DNA of 64,000 bases from a virus: IMG/VR virus record IMGVR_UViG_3300025598_000020; one strand, given 5' to 3'. This document shows, in pieces, positions 46,476 to 56,371 of the stretch. A program made the position numbers and the translations under genes. Under the pieces are notes generated by a model. The model searched no databases, was not told where the DNA came from, and saw only the letters and a list, made by a program, of their open reading frames with translations. Position 1 is the first letter of the stretch. Each line of letters begins with the position of its first letter.

Positions 46476-48187
46476 TTAGTCACCTGTGAGAAGTTATTCT
46501 TCTTTTCAAATTTAACAATGGACCTAAACTTATCAAAAAGTTGGTCACCTTTATGGCTGATAACAAAAATATTTGTTTCGCTGCCCATGTCATGAATCAA
46601 TTTTAAAAATTCATCCGTACCAACACCATCTAAACTGGAATCAAATACTTCATCCAGAATCAACAAGTTGGTATTTGTTGAGTTTTTCATCTTAGCAATT
46701 TGTCGCCATGTGAACAACAAAGCCAAGTCAATACGCATCTTTTCACCTTCTGAAAAATTAGAGTAACTAAACTCATCACGGTGTCGTGACTTGATTGTTT
46801 CTTCAAAGTTTTCATTCAAGTTAAAGTTGACAAAGAAGTCCATGGCTTTTAAATACTTATTCACCAATTTATTGATGATAGGCAGATACTGCTTGATAAT
46901 CTTTGTCTTGATACCATTGTCTTTCAACAATGATGCTGCGTATTCATGATAATGTTTATCAACAGAAAGTGCTTCTTGGTCTTTCACCAATCCAGACAAT
47001 TCTGTTTTCAAGTCTTTCAACTTTTGGTTATCTTCAGTTAAGGTATCTTTCTGTTTGGAAAGAACTTCAATCTCAGCATTAAGTTTCTTTGTATACTTAT
47101 TAATGGCCGAAATGGTTGAGTTGTGCTTAACGATTTCGTTGTTATGTTCCGTAATGTGTTTAGAGATTTTCATAATATCATCTAAACGGGTTTGCAACTT
47201 ACTATATTCTTTGTTTAATTCGCACAAACCATCTTTCTGTAACAACACTTTTGCCGAATGTTCGTTGATTTGGTCTTGTTTAAAATCAGCATCAAGAACC
47301 TGTTTACAGGTCGGACAGTTATCGTTGTTGTGGTAAAAAGCAATGTCTTTTTCAACCTTCTTAATAGAAGTTTCAATCTTGGCTTCTAGTTGGAGTAACT
47401 TTTTACTTTTTGTTTCAATAGACGCTTTGTCAGCAATCTTTTTGTTCAACGCATCGATATGTTTTTGAATCAACTCAATGTCTTTTGATAGTTGTTCGGC
47501 CTGTTTCTGATTTGTCTGTATTTCTTCTTTTCTACCTACAATTTCATATTCATTGTTCTTCTTGCTTTCTTCAATGTTTTGCTTTTGCATCTGAATCTTT
47601 TCAGACACAAGTTCCATTGCATACTTGTTTTTTGTAGTTGTATCTTTGATAGCTGACATGCGTTCTTTGATAAGACCGTTCATGGCAGTAAAGATTTGAA
47701 TGTCCAACAGTTCTTCAATGATTGTTCTGCGGTCAGCAGGAGTCAACTGCATAAAAGGAACAAAAGATGCCGAACCAAGGATGACAATTTGCGTGAATGA
47801 CTTATAGTTAAACTTGAGAATAGATTTCTCTAAGAAGTCTTGGTAGTCTTTTGCCTTAGCATCTTGATTCAGTAAATTACCATTAAGATAGATTTCAAAC
47901 GTATTAGGCTTGATACCACGAATAACTTTGTAGTGTTTCTTGCCAATAGTGAATTCAATCTCAACTACAGTGTCTGAATTGTTAATTGAGTTTACAAGGT
48001 TTGGTTTATTAATCTTACGAAAAGGTTTACCAAACAAAACAAAACACAGAGCATCCAGAATTGTGGACTTGCCTGCACCATTGTTACCAATAATCAAAGT
48101 GTTGGGAGATTTATCAAGTTTGATTTCAGTAAAAGAGTTACCTGTACTTAACAAATTCTTCCAACGAATAGTCTGAAACTTTATCAT
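46472..48187 (-). CDS. gp46: Rad50/SbcC-like recombination ATPase
   Basis: GNNGAGKS, CPTC hook, FSEGE, LDE. Confidence 0.97.
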   Translation of the reverse strand: MIKFQTIRWKNLLSTGNSFTEIKLDKSPNTLIIGNNGAGKSTILDALCFVLFGKPFRKINKPNLVNSINNSDTVVEIEFTIGKKHYKVIRGIKPNTFEIYLNGNLLNQDAKAKDYQDFLEKSILKFNYKSFTQIVILGSASFVPFMQLTPADRRTIIEELLDIQIFTAMNGLIKERMSAIKDTTTKNKYAMELVSEKIQMQKQNIEESKKNNEYEIVGRKEEIQTNQKQAEQLSKDIELIQKHIDALNKKIADKASIETKSKKLLQLEAKIETSIKKVEKDIAFYHNNDNCPTCKQVLDADFKQDQINEHSAKVLLQKDGLCELNKEYSKLQTRLDDIMKISKHITEHNNEIVKHNSTISAINKYTKKLNAEIEVLSKQKDTLTEDNQKLKDLKTELSGLVKDQEALSVDKHYHEYAASLLKDNGIKTKIIKQYLPIINKLVNKYLKAMDFFVNFNLNENFEETIKSRHRDEFSYSNFSEGEKMRIDLALLFTWRQIAKMKNSTNTNLLILDEVFDSSLDGVGTDEFLKLIHDMGSETNIFVISHKGDQLFDKFRSIVKFEKKNNFSQVTK

Positions 48188-49254
48188 GCTTGTTCTAAGT
48201 TCAAGGCCTCCACGTATAATTCACGCATCATGGATTTAAGCCTGTTATTATCAATACCTTCATTCTGTAATGCATCAACATATTTGTTAATAATAGTTAC
48301 AGTATCCTCGGCTTCATCGATTGTATCACCTTCATTATCATCTGTCAAGTCTAAAGCATCTTCAACAATGGTAATATCGAGTGGATTTACCGAATACAAA
48401 TGATTCATGTATTGGTCGAACAGATATGGATTAGTTTTGTTGGCTACCACAACCTTAACATAGGTGTTGGTATATTTGTTCATATCAATTTTTAATACAT
48501 CAGAAATTGATAAAGCTTTATCATCATAGACTAACCTGTGAAACATGACATTAGGATTTTGTATAAAATCCAACTCATAGGAATCCAAATCAAAGAAATG
48601 GAAACCACGAGGATCAGCGTAATCTTGCCAGGTAAGTTCATATGGATTACCAAGATATTGAATATTCCCATTGTTAGACCTATGGTGATAGTGGCCGCTA
48701 AAAACATGGTCAAAAGTTCTAAAAACATTTCTATCTAATCCTTCTTCTGAAGGCATGCCACGGTGCATGGCAAAACCTGCAATTTCAAAATGGCCCATAC
48801 ACACCTTGGCCTTTGTGTTATTAATTTCATACATACAATCTTGGTAATTTTCTGGACAAATCCAAGGTATCATACAGATATCATTACCATCTACGTTAAT
48901 TGTTTGTGGTGTATCAATGACTGTAACATTACTATACTCACGCAACAACAAGTCTACTGAATTAACGTCATTAGTGTTTTTAAAATAAGTATCATGATTG
49001 CCAGCCAACATGTATACTTGAATATTCTTTTCTGCAAGCACATCGAAGAACATCTCCTTTGTTCGTTTTAGAGAATAAAAATTAACGTACTTACGTCTAT
49101 CAAAAGTATCGCCAAGTATAAGCAAATTGGTAATGCCACAATTATCCAGATTAGTAAAAAAAGTATCTCTATAAAACTTTTCATAGTAGTCCAAAAAGTG
49201 TGTTGAGTCATTTCGTGCTCCAAAGTGGGTATCTGTTATAATTCCAACCTTCAT
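48184..49254 (-). CDS. gp47: Mre11/SbcD-like nuclease
   Basis: DTHFG, GDTFD, GNHD, GHYH. Confidence 0.97.
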   Translation of the reverse strand: MKVGIITDTHFGARNDSTHFLDYYEKFYRDTFFTNLDNCGITNLLILGDTFDRRKYVNFYSLKRTKEMFFDVLAEKNIQVYMLAGNHDTYFKNTNDVNSVDLLLREYSNVTVIDTPQTINVDGNDICMIPWICPENYQDCMYEINNTKAKVCMGHFEIAGFAMHRGMPSEEGLDRNVFRTFDHVFSGHYHHRSNNGNIQYLGNPYELTWQDYADPRGFHFFDLDSYELDFIQNPNVMFHRLVYDDKALSISDVLKIDMNKYTNTYVKVVVANKTNPYLFDQYMNHLYSVNPLDITIVEDALDLTDDNEGDTIDEAEDTVTIINKYVDALQNEGIDNNRLKSMMRELYVEALNLEQA

Positions 49255-49784
49255 AATATGATTTTATGACCTTTCTTTCGGTTTTCTGTTCGTGTCAAAA
49301 TTTTTAAGTTATCTTGATGGTGTAATCCACCAGCAGCAATAGGAATAATATGATCCACTTCATGTGGTATTCCTGTTTCTAAACTAAGATTACGACATTC
49401 TTCATATATCTTTTTAATCATATCAAAATTTGCATCATTTGGCAATTGATTTTTAACTCTGGCCCTTCTTTTTGCCGCTTTGGTCGTATTTGCAATTTTA
49501 CCTTTTTCCGATTGGTTATACTTTTTATCAATCTCTTTTGCTTTATCTTTATTGTTTTCCCAGTATAATTGAACTTTTTCTTTTGTTCTATACTTAGACA
49601 TTAAGTTTTTGTCATATAACTTGGGTAAATTTCGTTTTACATTACATTCAACACAACTATAACTTGAAACATGTTTTTTTGTTGAACCACAAATTTTACA
49701 TGGAATACCATCGTAAATTTTTTCGCCGTTGTTTATAGCGTTTAATCTATTTTCTTTAGAAGATGATGGAAATTGATTAGGCAT
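49251..49784 (-). CDS. HNH endonuclease (probable homing endonuclease)
   Basis: HEVDHIIP..GGLH..DNL..L...ENRKK; own TATAAATA at 49809-49816. Confidence 0.9.
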   Translation of the reverse strand: MPNQFPSSSKENRLNAINNGEKIYDGIPCKICGSTKKHVSSYSCVECNVKRNLPKLYDKNLMSKYRTKEKVQLYWENNKDKAKEIDKKYNQSEKGKIANTTKAAKRRARVKNQLPNDANFDMIKKIYEECRNLSLETGIPHEVDHIIPIAAGGLHHQDNLKILTRTENRKKGHKIIL

Positions 49785-49829
49785 AAATGCTCCAAAGTGT
49801 GTATGTTTTATTTATACATTTTGGTGCTT

Positions 49830-50354
49830 TCATTCTAAAAAGTTTTCAATACCCTTTGGTTTTTTGGTAGACTTTTTATCGTCTTTCTTTTTCTGTTGGC
49901 CTTCTTCATAGTTCTCAATGAACTCAGCAATGTTATCATACAGTTCAAACTGCCTGTTACCACCACCCTCAGTTTCCAACATTTCAAATTCATCCAAAAT
50001 ACCAAGCTGTTCCGTAGATTTGTACTTCACATAGAGTTGTTTTTTCTCTTTCTGAATCCTACGTAAGAATGCATAATATATGATTTGAGTGAAATAGGCA
50101 AATGGATTCTTTGACTTAGTAGGATCAAAGTTCTCAAAGTACATGAGACAATTTTCAATACCATCTCCTATCATATCTTCTCTGTGAGGATAATTGATGA
50201 AGTTAGGTTTATGTGATAGTCCTTCGGCAATCTTCATCCAACATTCACCAATATAATTTGGTATTGGTTCATTAGGATTGGTAACTTTACGTTCCTTATA
50301 GGCAATTAAAGCTTGTAGAAAGTCTGCGTTGTTGATGTAATGTTTAGTGCTCAT
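49830..50354 (-). CDS. gp55: Late-transcription sigma factor
   Basis: HYINN, PNFINY, DGIENC, NPFAYFTQI. Confidence 0.96.
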   Translation of the reverse strand: MSTKHYINNADFLQALIAYKERKVTNPNEPIPNYIGECWMKIAEGLSHKPNFINYPHREDMIGDGIENCLMYFENFDPTKSKNPFAYFTQIIYYAFLRRIQKEKKQLYVKYKSTEQLGILDEFEMLETEGGGNRQFELYDNIAEFIENYEEGQQKKKDDKKSTKKPKGIENFLE

Positions 50355-50424
50355 TCAAATATACCATAATTTTTGTTGACAAATCGCTTGACAAGTGTTA
50401 AAGTCTCGGTGTTGACCATTGAGA

Positions 50425-50823
50425 TTAATGAATTGTTTTACCTTCTGTATCAACTTCCATGTTCTCAAAAGCTTGGACAATTAGTCCTTTAATTCTTTCA
50501 CTAAGTTCTTCTTGAACTTCTTCATGGAACTCACTTTCAGATTCCATTCTTTTGAGATTATCTACAGAGTTTTCATAGTATTCAGCAAAGTCTTCGGTTG
50601 GTGTTGTGATAAACAAAATATCTTTGTTGTTTAAAATAACTTCATTCTTTTGTACCAGTTGTTGAGGTAAGAAAAAACTCAACATGATGTGAGAGGTTGT
50701 ACCTCTGTTTGTCACATCAAATATCATTGGGTCAGTCAAAAGATAATGGCCTTCCATTATTTCTTCTATAACACTAATGATATCACTTCCATTTTGTAGT
50801 CGGACAAGTTTTACATTGTTCAT
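50425..50823 (-). CDS. Conserved hypothetical protein (Sm-like fold possible)
   Basis: VKLVRLQNGSDII; position between uvsW and gp55. Confidence 0.7.
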   Translation of the reverse strand: MNNVKLVRLQNGSDIISVIEEIMEGHYLLTDPMIFDVTNRGTTSHIMLSFFLPQQLVQKNEVILNNKDILFITTPTEDFAEYYENSVDNLKRMESESEFHEEVQEELSERIKGLIVQAFENMEVDTEGKTIH

Positions 50824-52310
50824 TTTTTTAGTCCTATCTTGTAAGTTTTAAATGGAAACTTCTCTTCCGTATATATCTTCACTCGTTCCACAAAATGTCG
50901 TAATGTAAAATTCATATGTTTTCCAACCCTCATATCATCTGCAATATCATACAATGTGGCAATTTCTTTACCTTCTGAGTTTCTAAGTCCACGGCCAATA
51001 GACTGTAGGTTTCTCACTCTGCTTTTAGACGGAGATGCAAAGATAATATTATGAAGGTTCTTAATGTTAATACCGGTACTAAATGTACCAAAAGATGCCA
51101 CAATAATGGCATCATTTTCTAACTCCATAATCCTTCTGATTTCTTCTCTGTCCTCTGTGTCTGTTCCACCGTGGACAAAAAATACTTTTCGATTACCTAT
51201 CTTCTCCGTATTCTTAATCATATTATACAGGAGCTTGCCATGTTTATCAACCATTTGATATAATATTAATGTATTATTACCTAAACTAACCGCTAGATTT
51301 TTAATGAATTTATTTCTAGCCTCACATGCAATTAGGTACTGAATTTCTTCTTGATAATCTGCCTTCTTCATTTCATCACAAACATCTTCAGGATGTTTCA
51401 ATATCAAGCATTTAATTTCAAAAGAAGAAGCAATCTTCTTATCAATCATCTCCTTAGTGGTGATTACTTTCTCCACTGGCCCAAATAAACCCTCTAATAC
51501 TAACTTGTGTGTTTTAGTACCATCAAGTGTTCCAGTAAGTCCTATGCGATATTTGGTATTGATACATGCAGTAAGAATTGAAGTTAATGATTGTGCCTTG
51601 AATAAGTGTGCTTCATCACCAATGATATAATCAAACTGTTCAAAGTATTGTGTAGGCATTTTATACAATGACTGCCATGTGGAGATAGTTACAGGTAAAT
51701 CGGTGTGTTTTTCTTTACCCTGATATATTTTGTGTACATTTTTTTCAGAATCCCAGCCATAGTCTTCAAAATCTTTAGAAAGTTGTTCAACCAAAGATGT
51801 TGTTGGTACAATAATAAGGCCTTTGAGTTGTTGATAATCAAATAGTTGTCTCACCAACATATAAATGATTAAAGATTTACCTGAAGCCGTTGGTGAAATA
51901 AGCATTGCACGGCGACTTTGCATTGCATGAATAAATGCATTTATTTGGTGGTCGTGAACCTCAAATGGTAGACCTAGAGTTTCAATAAACTTCTTAGCAT
52001 GATATAAAGAGAATTCATCTTCCACAAAGTTGTGTGAGAACGCATAATCTCTTTCGGTGCAGAATTCTTCAAGGTATCTTAATAGACCAATGTAAAGATT
52101 GTTGTTTCTCAGGTCAAACAAACGAATCTTGCCATCCCAGATTCTGTTTCTGAATGCTGGAACAAATTGATGGCCTGGTACAAAAAATGTGAAGAAGTCT
52201 GACAATTCTTGCGCCACATGACGTTCACATTTTACTTTGAGATAAACCTCATTAACTTTGGTTATCTCTAGGTGTTCTTTATTGTCCTCCAATGAATCTC
52301 TCCCAATCAA
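50820..52310 (-). CDS. uvsW: SF2 helicase UvsW
   Basis: PTASGKS, DEAH, LQSIGRGLR. Confidence 0.96.
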   Translation of the reverse strand: MIGRDSLEDNKEHLEITKVNEVYLKVKCERHVAQELSDFFTFFVPGHQFVPAFRNRIWDGKIRLFDLRNNNLYIGLLRYLEEFCTERDYAFSHNFVEDEFSLYHAKKFIETLGLPFEVHDHQINAFIHAMQSRRAMLISPTASGKSLIIYMLVRQLFDYQQLKGLIIVPTTSLVEQLSKDFEDYGWDSEKNVHKIYQGKEKHTDLPVTISTWQSLYKMPTQYFEQFDYIIGDEAHLFKAQSLTSILTACINTKYRIGLTGTLDGTKTHKLVLEGLFGPVEKVITTKEMIDKKIASSFEIKCLILKHPEDVCDEMKKADYQEEIQYLIACEARNKFIKNLAVSLGNNTLILYQMVDKHGKLLYNMIKNTEKIGNRKVFFVHGGTDTEDREEIRRIMELENDAIIVASFGTFSTGINIKNLHNIIFASPSKSRVRNLQSIGRGLRNSEGKEIATLYDIADDMRVGKHMNFTLRHFVERVKIYTEEKFPFKTYKIGLKK

Positions 52311-52713
52311 TATAAGACTTCAATTCCCATGCACGTTGTTTGATTTCACCCATGATAGACTCTACCACGGTTACCACTTCTTCATGGTAAATCTTTTTTT
52401 CTAGTAGTTTGATTAGGTCTTGGTCAGATTCTAGGTAAAATGAAATGTCAGACTTGAGTGTGAATCGGAATGGCTCCCAACCTTGTTCATCCAATTCTTC
52501 TTGTGACATTTTGCCTGTATAGTATTCCCATTTGAGTTTACGCATACGCAAGTAATCAAAGTTGGCTTTCTTTGCAGCCATTTTATTCTTAATCAGAACG
52601 TCAATGTACTTACTGTGTAGTTTTGGGATTTTTAGGAGTTCTTTGCCGGGTTCCGTTTGGTCAATATCGGCGTCAGATTCCCAGGACTTTAAGATTTCAT
52701 CAAGTTTGTTCAT
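52279..52713 (-). CDS. uvsY: Recombination mediator UvsY
   Basis: IPKLHSKY, WEYYTGK; synteny. Confidence 0.9.
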   Translation of the reverse strand: MNKLDEILKSWESDADIDQTEPGKELLKIPKLHSKYIDVLIKNKMAAKKANFDYLRMRKLKWEYYTGKMSQEELDEQGWEPFRFTLKSDISFYLESDQDLIKLLEKKIYHEEVVTVVESIMGEIKQRAWELKSYIDWERFIGGQ

Positions 52714-52728
52714 AATATAAAAGTAAAG

Positions 52729-53256
52729 TTAATAATTTTCTATATCAAAGTATTCGTATCTGAATGTTGCATTTGCTGTTATGATTGTGTCAGCAGACTC
52801 TTTTGTGTCAAACTGAATATCCGACAATGAGACCGGAAACATTCTATGAAATTTTATACTAATCAATGGATTATTTAGTGCTGACATTACGGTCAAATTT
52901 GAATCAGAATAATAACTATCTGTTGCCGTAAATGTGTTTTGTAACTGATTATTCAGTGCTCTATCAGCCAAACTTTTTGGTGATGCAATGGCTAACATCC
53001 ATTTATATAACTCAATCCAAGACTGAGCTTGTTCATCAACCATAAAAGTAACATTGAATTCATTGTAATTAATTTTGGTTCCTGCAATAGGAACATTCAC
53101 TAATGGTGTATTGAATTCGGTTGTACCGATGCTTGCACCAGGTAAGTTTGCTTCCTGGCAGAAATACTGAACCGTTGGCAGTCTATTGAATGCCAATATA
53201 AATTTTGACGGTTGTAAAAAATTGGTGTTAGCTGGTGTTCTGTTTAATGCTGTCAT
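52729..53256 (-). CDS. gp3: Tail tube terminator / tail completion protein (gp3-like)
   Basis: NFLQPSKF, ANLPG, FPVSLS.IQF; position downstream of gp23. Confidence 0.75.
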   Translation of the reverse strand: MTALNRTPANTNFLQPSKFILAFNRLPTVQYFCQEANLPGASIGTTEFNTPLVNVPIAGTKINYNEFNVTFMVDEQAQSWIELYKWMLAIASPKSLADRALNNQLQNTFTATDSYYSDSNLTVMSALNNPLISIKFHRMFPVSLSDIQFDTKESADTIITANATFRYEYFDIENY

Positions 53257-53274
53257 ACATCTATTTAGGACACC

Positions 53275-53297
53275 AAAAAACCGCCCGAAGGCGGTTC
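53275..53297 (-). terminator. Intrinsic terminator (possibly bidirectional)
   Basis: AACCGCC-TTCG-GGCGGTT with T-tracts on both strands. Confidence 0.85.
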
Positions 53298-53302
53298 TTT
53301 TT

Positions 53303-53404
53303 TTACTTTATCTGCGTAGTAAAAGACACAGGCACATCAATTTTTACAGGTTGTTTTACAAACCTTTGAACTAATTTTTGAATAAATTCTTTAATTAGTT
53401 CCAT
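53303..53404 (-). CDS. Unannotated 33-aa peptide with C-terminal VKIDVPVSF motif
   Basis: Hand translation MELIKEFIQKLVQRFVKQPVKIDVPVSFTTQIK; fills gap before the terminator; shares motif with upstream gene. Confidence 0.6.
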   Translation of the reverse strand: MELIKEFIQKLVQRFVKQPVKIDVPVSFTTQIK

Positions 53405-53420
53405 GATATATCTAATCATA

Positions 53421-54176
53421 TTACTTTACTTCAACAGACAATGAAGCAGGAACATCAACAGAAACTTCAACTGCTGGTGCAGGAGTTGGTTCTGCTGCAA
53501 CTGCTGTGGCAATTGCTGCTGTAGTTTCTGGTGTTGGTTCTGTACCTGTAGCGGCAGTAACAACGGCTGCAACTGCTGCTGCGGCTTGTTCTTGTGCTGC
53601 TGGATCAGTTACTGCTGGTGCTGCTGCAACTGCGGCAACGATTGCTGCTGTAACTGCTTCAGGACTTGTAACTGTTTCTGCTGGTGCTGTTGCAACTGCT
53701 GCGACTGCGGCTGTAGCTGCTGCGGCTGCTGTTGGTTCTTCAATTGCTGGTGCTTCAGCTTGTGCTGTTGCAACTGCTGTAACAACTGCGGCAGCTTCTG
53801 GATGGTCAGCTGCAGGAGAAGCATCTACAACTGCTTGAACAGCAGCTGCGGTTTCTTCTGGTGTTGCTGCTGGTGCTGCTACAACTGCTGCAACGGCATC
53901 AACAACTTCTGCTGGTGCAGGTTCTACTGCTGGCGCTGGAGCTGCAATTGTAACTGAACCTGTGATTTGTGCACCCAAAGCATTACCAGATTTATCAAAT
54001 GTTTGTGCTGTAATAGCAAATTCGCCTGCTTCAACATTTTCAAATGTAGCAACATATGGTGCTGCTGTTAAAACTTGGTCTGGTGCACCAGCCAAAGTAA
54101 CTTTGATACCGGCTGTTTCTGTGCCGGCTGGAAATTGTTGTTCTTGAGAAACAACTGTAACGACTACTGTAGACAT
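53421..54176 (-). CDS. Beta-rich (Ig-like?) N-terminal domain, Ala/Pro/Thr-rich repeats, C-terminal DVPASL strand
   Basis: AAGGAG RBS, CTAAATA upstream; low-complexity middle. Confidence 0.75.
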   Translation of the reverse strand: MSTVVVTVVSQEQQFPAGTETAGIKVTLAGAPDQVLTAAPYVATFENVEAGEFAITAQTFDKSGNALGAQITGSVTIAAPAPAVEPAPAEVVDAVAAVVAAPAATPEETAAAVQAVVDASPAADHPEAAAVVTAVATAQAEAPAIEEPTAAAAATAAVAAVATAPAETVTSPEAVTAAIVAAVAAAPAVTDPAAQEQAAAAVAAVVTAATGTEPTPETTAAIATAVAAEPTPAPAVEVSVDVPASLSVEVK

Positions 54177-54223
54177 AATAACTCCTTTATAAAGTGGTAC
54201 GGAAACTCTCCATACCCAAATAT

Positions 54224-54850
54224 TTAGGTAGGATCAATGTTTCCGAATAATGACAAACAAATCTTTACACACTTCCATCCTTTGTGTTGTTTCAATATGC
54301 CTTGGGAAACTTTGACCATATTTCCTTGGTCTAAACCGTTGTTCTTACAAAATTCTCTTAAATTATTGATGGTGTGTGTTGTGCCTTGGGGTGACGTTAC
54401 GTTCCAACTTTTTGATAAAGCTTTTGATACGGAATCTTTTTGTGACTGTGGTTGTTTAAACCCTATTCTGCTTAATCTCAATTTCTCAACATCATATACA
54501 CCAGAGTTCCACCTTTGTTTTGCCTTATCACTATTTTTTTTGTTTGATTCTATTGTGTGTTTATCAAACCCACCATCCAATCCATTTTCGTTTTTTAAAT
54601 TTGCCCATTCTGTTGATTCCACAATGTTGTTGTCTTTTGAAAAATTCAAAGCAAATTTTTCCAAATCATTCTTGTCTGTGAATAGTTGACACCAAATTGT
54701 TTCAACATGTTGTTCGCCGTGTTTTTTGATATGTTTTTTCCAATATTTACCTGATCCCAGGTATTCTATTGGACTTTTTTTGGTCGTTTTACCAAAATAT
54801 TTCAATTTGGTTAATGTGTGCTGCTTTATGTACAGATATGTTGGTTTCAT
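54224..54850 (-). CDS. GIY-YIG-like homing endonuclease
   Basis: YLYIK..T.LKYFGKT, YLGSG..W; C-terminal NLREFC..NGL DNA-binding module. Confidence 0.75.
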   Translation of the reverse strand: MKPTYLYIKQHTLTKLKYFGKTTKKSPIEYLGSGKYWKKHIKKHGEQHVETIWCQLFTDKNDLEKFALNFSKDNNIVESTEWANLKNENGLDGGFDKHTIESNKKNSDKAKQRWNSGVYDVEKLRLSRIGFKQPQSQKDSVSKALSKSWNVTSPQGTTHTINNLREFCKNNGLDQGNMVKVSQGILKQHKGWKCVKICLSLFGNIDPT

Positions 54851-54886
54851 TTTAATAATTGTTAAGAACTATATGTATTTATCAAA

Positions 54887-54917
54887 CAAAAAAAGGGAAT
54901 CTTGCGATTCCCTTTTG
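54887..54917 (-). terminator. Intrinsic terminator after gp23
   Basis: AAGGGAATC-GCAA-GATTCCCTT followed by T-tract. Confidence 0.85.
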
Positions 54918-54971
54918 AATTGTCACTCTTTTTGGTGACTTTACTATATTTTTACATATAGTTTTAAACCA

Positions 54972-56333
54972 TCACATTAGGTTTTTAACTGCGAACAGTC
55001 TATAGTAAACGTTAGATTGTGCATCTAAACGACCGTTACCAGCTGTTAGACCTTCTGCAAATGGGTTTGCAACCATACCGTAACGGGTTTTGAAACCAAT
55101 TTTTGGTTGGAAGGTGAATTGGTCAACTGCACGAACCATTTGTAGAGGAACGTATGGGCAGTAGAACAAACCAGCGTCATAAGGCGAAGAACCTTTATAA
55201 CCGATTGTAACTAATTCTTGGTTAGATGTGTAACCACCATAATATGGATCGATGTACACTTTGATACGACCATGCAACATACCAGCAAATGTATTGCCTG
55301 TATCGTCAACTTGTAGGTCAGCTTGTAGGGATGGAGTGTAAGACAACACACCAGCCATAGCCATAGCGGAAGCAACGTCTGAAGAAACAATCAGAACGTT
55401 ACCTTTGCCTCTACGAGTTTGTTTTGCAATAACGTTAGCATCACGTTCGATTTGGAAAATCAAACCTTTGAAACGTTCAACAGACCAACGACCGTTGGAG
55501 TCTGTATCCAAGTCAAAGTAACCAGCTGTTGTTGTACCGTATTGAGCACCAATCTTAGCAGTTGTATAGATTGTACGGATAACTTCTCGGTTAATTTCAG
55601 CAAGAATTTCTGTAGACAGAATGTTAGACAATTCTGTTTCAGCGTCAAGGCCGTGAATTGCTTTCAAGTCTTGTGCTAGTTCTAGAGAATATTCAGCTTT
55701 CAATGCACGGCTAGATGCAGTAACAGTAACTTTCTCGATAGAGAATGCCATTTGTTGGAACACTGCGTTAGCATCAGAACCTAGGTATTCAGCAATGCTT
55801 GTTGGCATAGCAGTACCAGTTGTGATTGTGTTAGCACCAGCAACTGCTGTTTGTGTGTTAGACAATGTATCGCTTACACCAGCAGCATCACCTCTGAAAG
55901 CTTGTTGACCACCGTAGGTAGAACCGTAGTTGGTATAAGAAGTGTTACCAGAGAAGATTGTGTTAGCTTCGTTATAAAAAGCTTCAGAACCTTGTTGGTT
56001 GCTGTAACGAGCACGCATTGCGAAGATTAGGCCTGTAGGACCTGTCATTGGCTGAACGCCTGCAACGTCATAAGCAATCAAGTTAGGCAATGAACGGCGA
56101 ACCAAACTGATTAAGATTGGGTCGAAGTTGCTGATACCAGAACCAGTAACGTTAGTTGGACCTGGATCGGATGCAGTTTCGTTCAACATACGACGGTCTT
56201 GAGCCATCGCTTGTGCTTGGTTTTCCAATACTAGAGCGGTAACGCTTCTTTTGTATGGGTCTTTAATGGATTCCAATTCTGGGTGTTCCAAGATTGGTTC
56301 CCATTTCTTTTGTAGTTCTTCTGTCATGAACAT
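54972..56333 (-). CDS. gp23: Major capsid protein
   Basis: DPILISLVRR, GVQPMTGPTG, SRALKAEY, FQPKIGFKTRYG. Confidence 0.99.
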   Translation of the reverse strand: MFMTEELQKKWEPILEHPELESIKDPYKRSVTALVLENQAQAMAQDRRMLNETASDPGPTNVTGSGISNFDPILISLVRRSLPNLIAYDVAGVQPMTGPTGLIFAMRARYSNQQGSEAFYNEANTIFSGNTSYTNYGSTYGGQQAFRGDAAGVSDTLSNTQTAVAGANTITTGTAMPTSIAEYLGSDANAVFQQMAFSIEKVTVTASSRALKAEYSLELAQDLKAIHGLDAETELSNILSTEILAEINREVIRTIYTTAKIGAQYGTTTAGYFDLDTDSNGRWSVERFKGLIFQIERDANVIAKQTRRGKGNVLIVSSDVASAMAMAGVLSYTPSLQADLQVDDTGNTFAGMLHGRIKVYIDPYYGGYTSNQELVTIGYKGSSPYDAGLFYCPYVPLQMVRAVDQFTFQPKIGFKTRYGMVANPFAEGLTAGNGRLDAQSNVYYRLFAVKNLM

Positions 56334-56371
56334 GTGAATGTCTCCTATTGTTTAACTTAAATTTTTATTGA

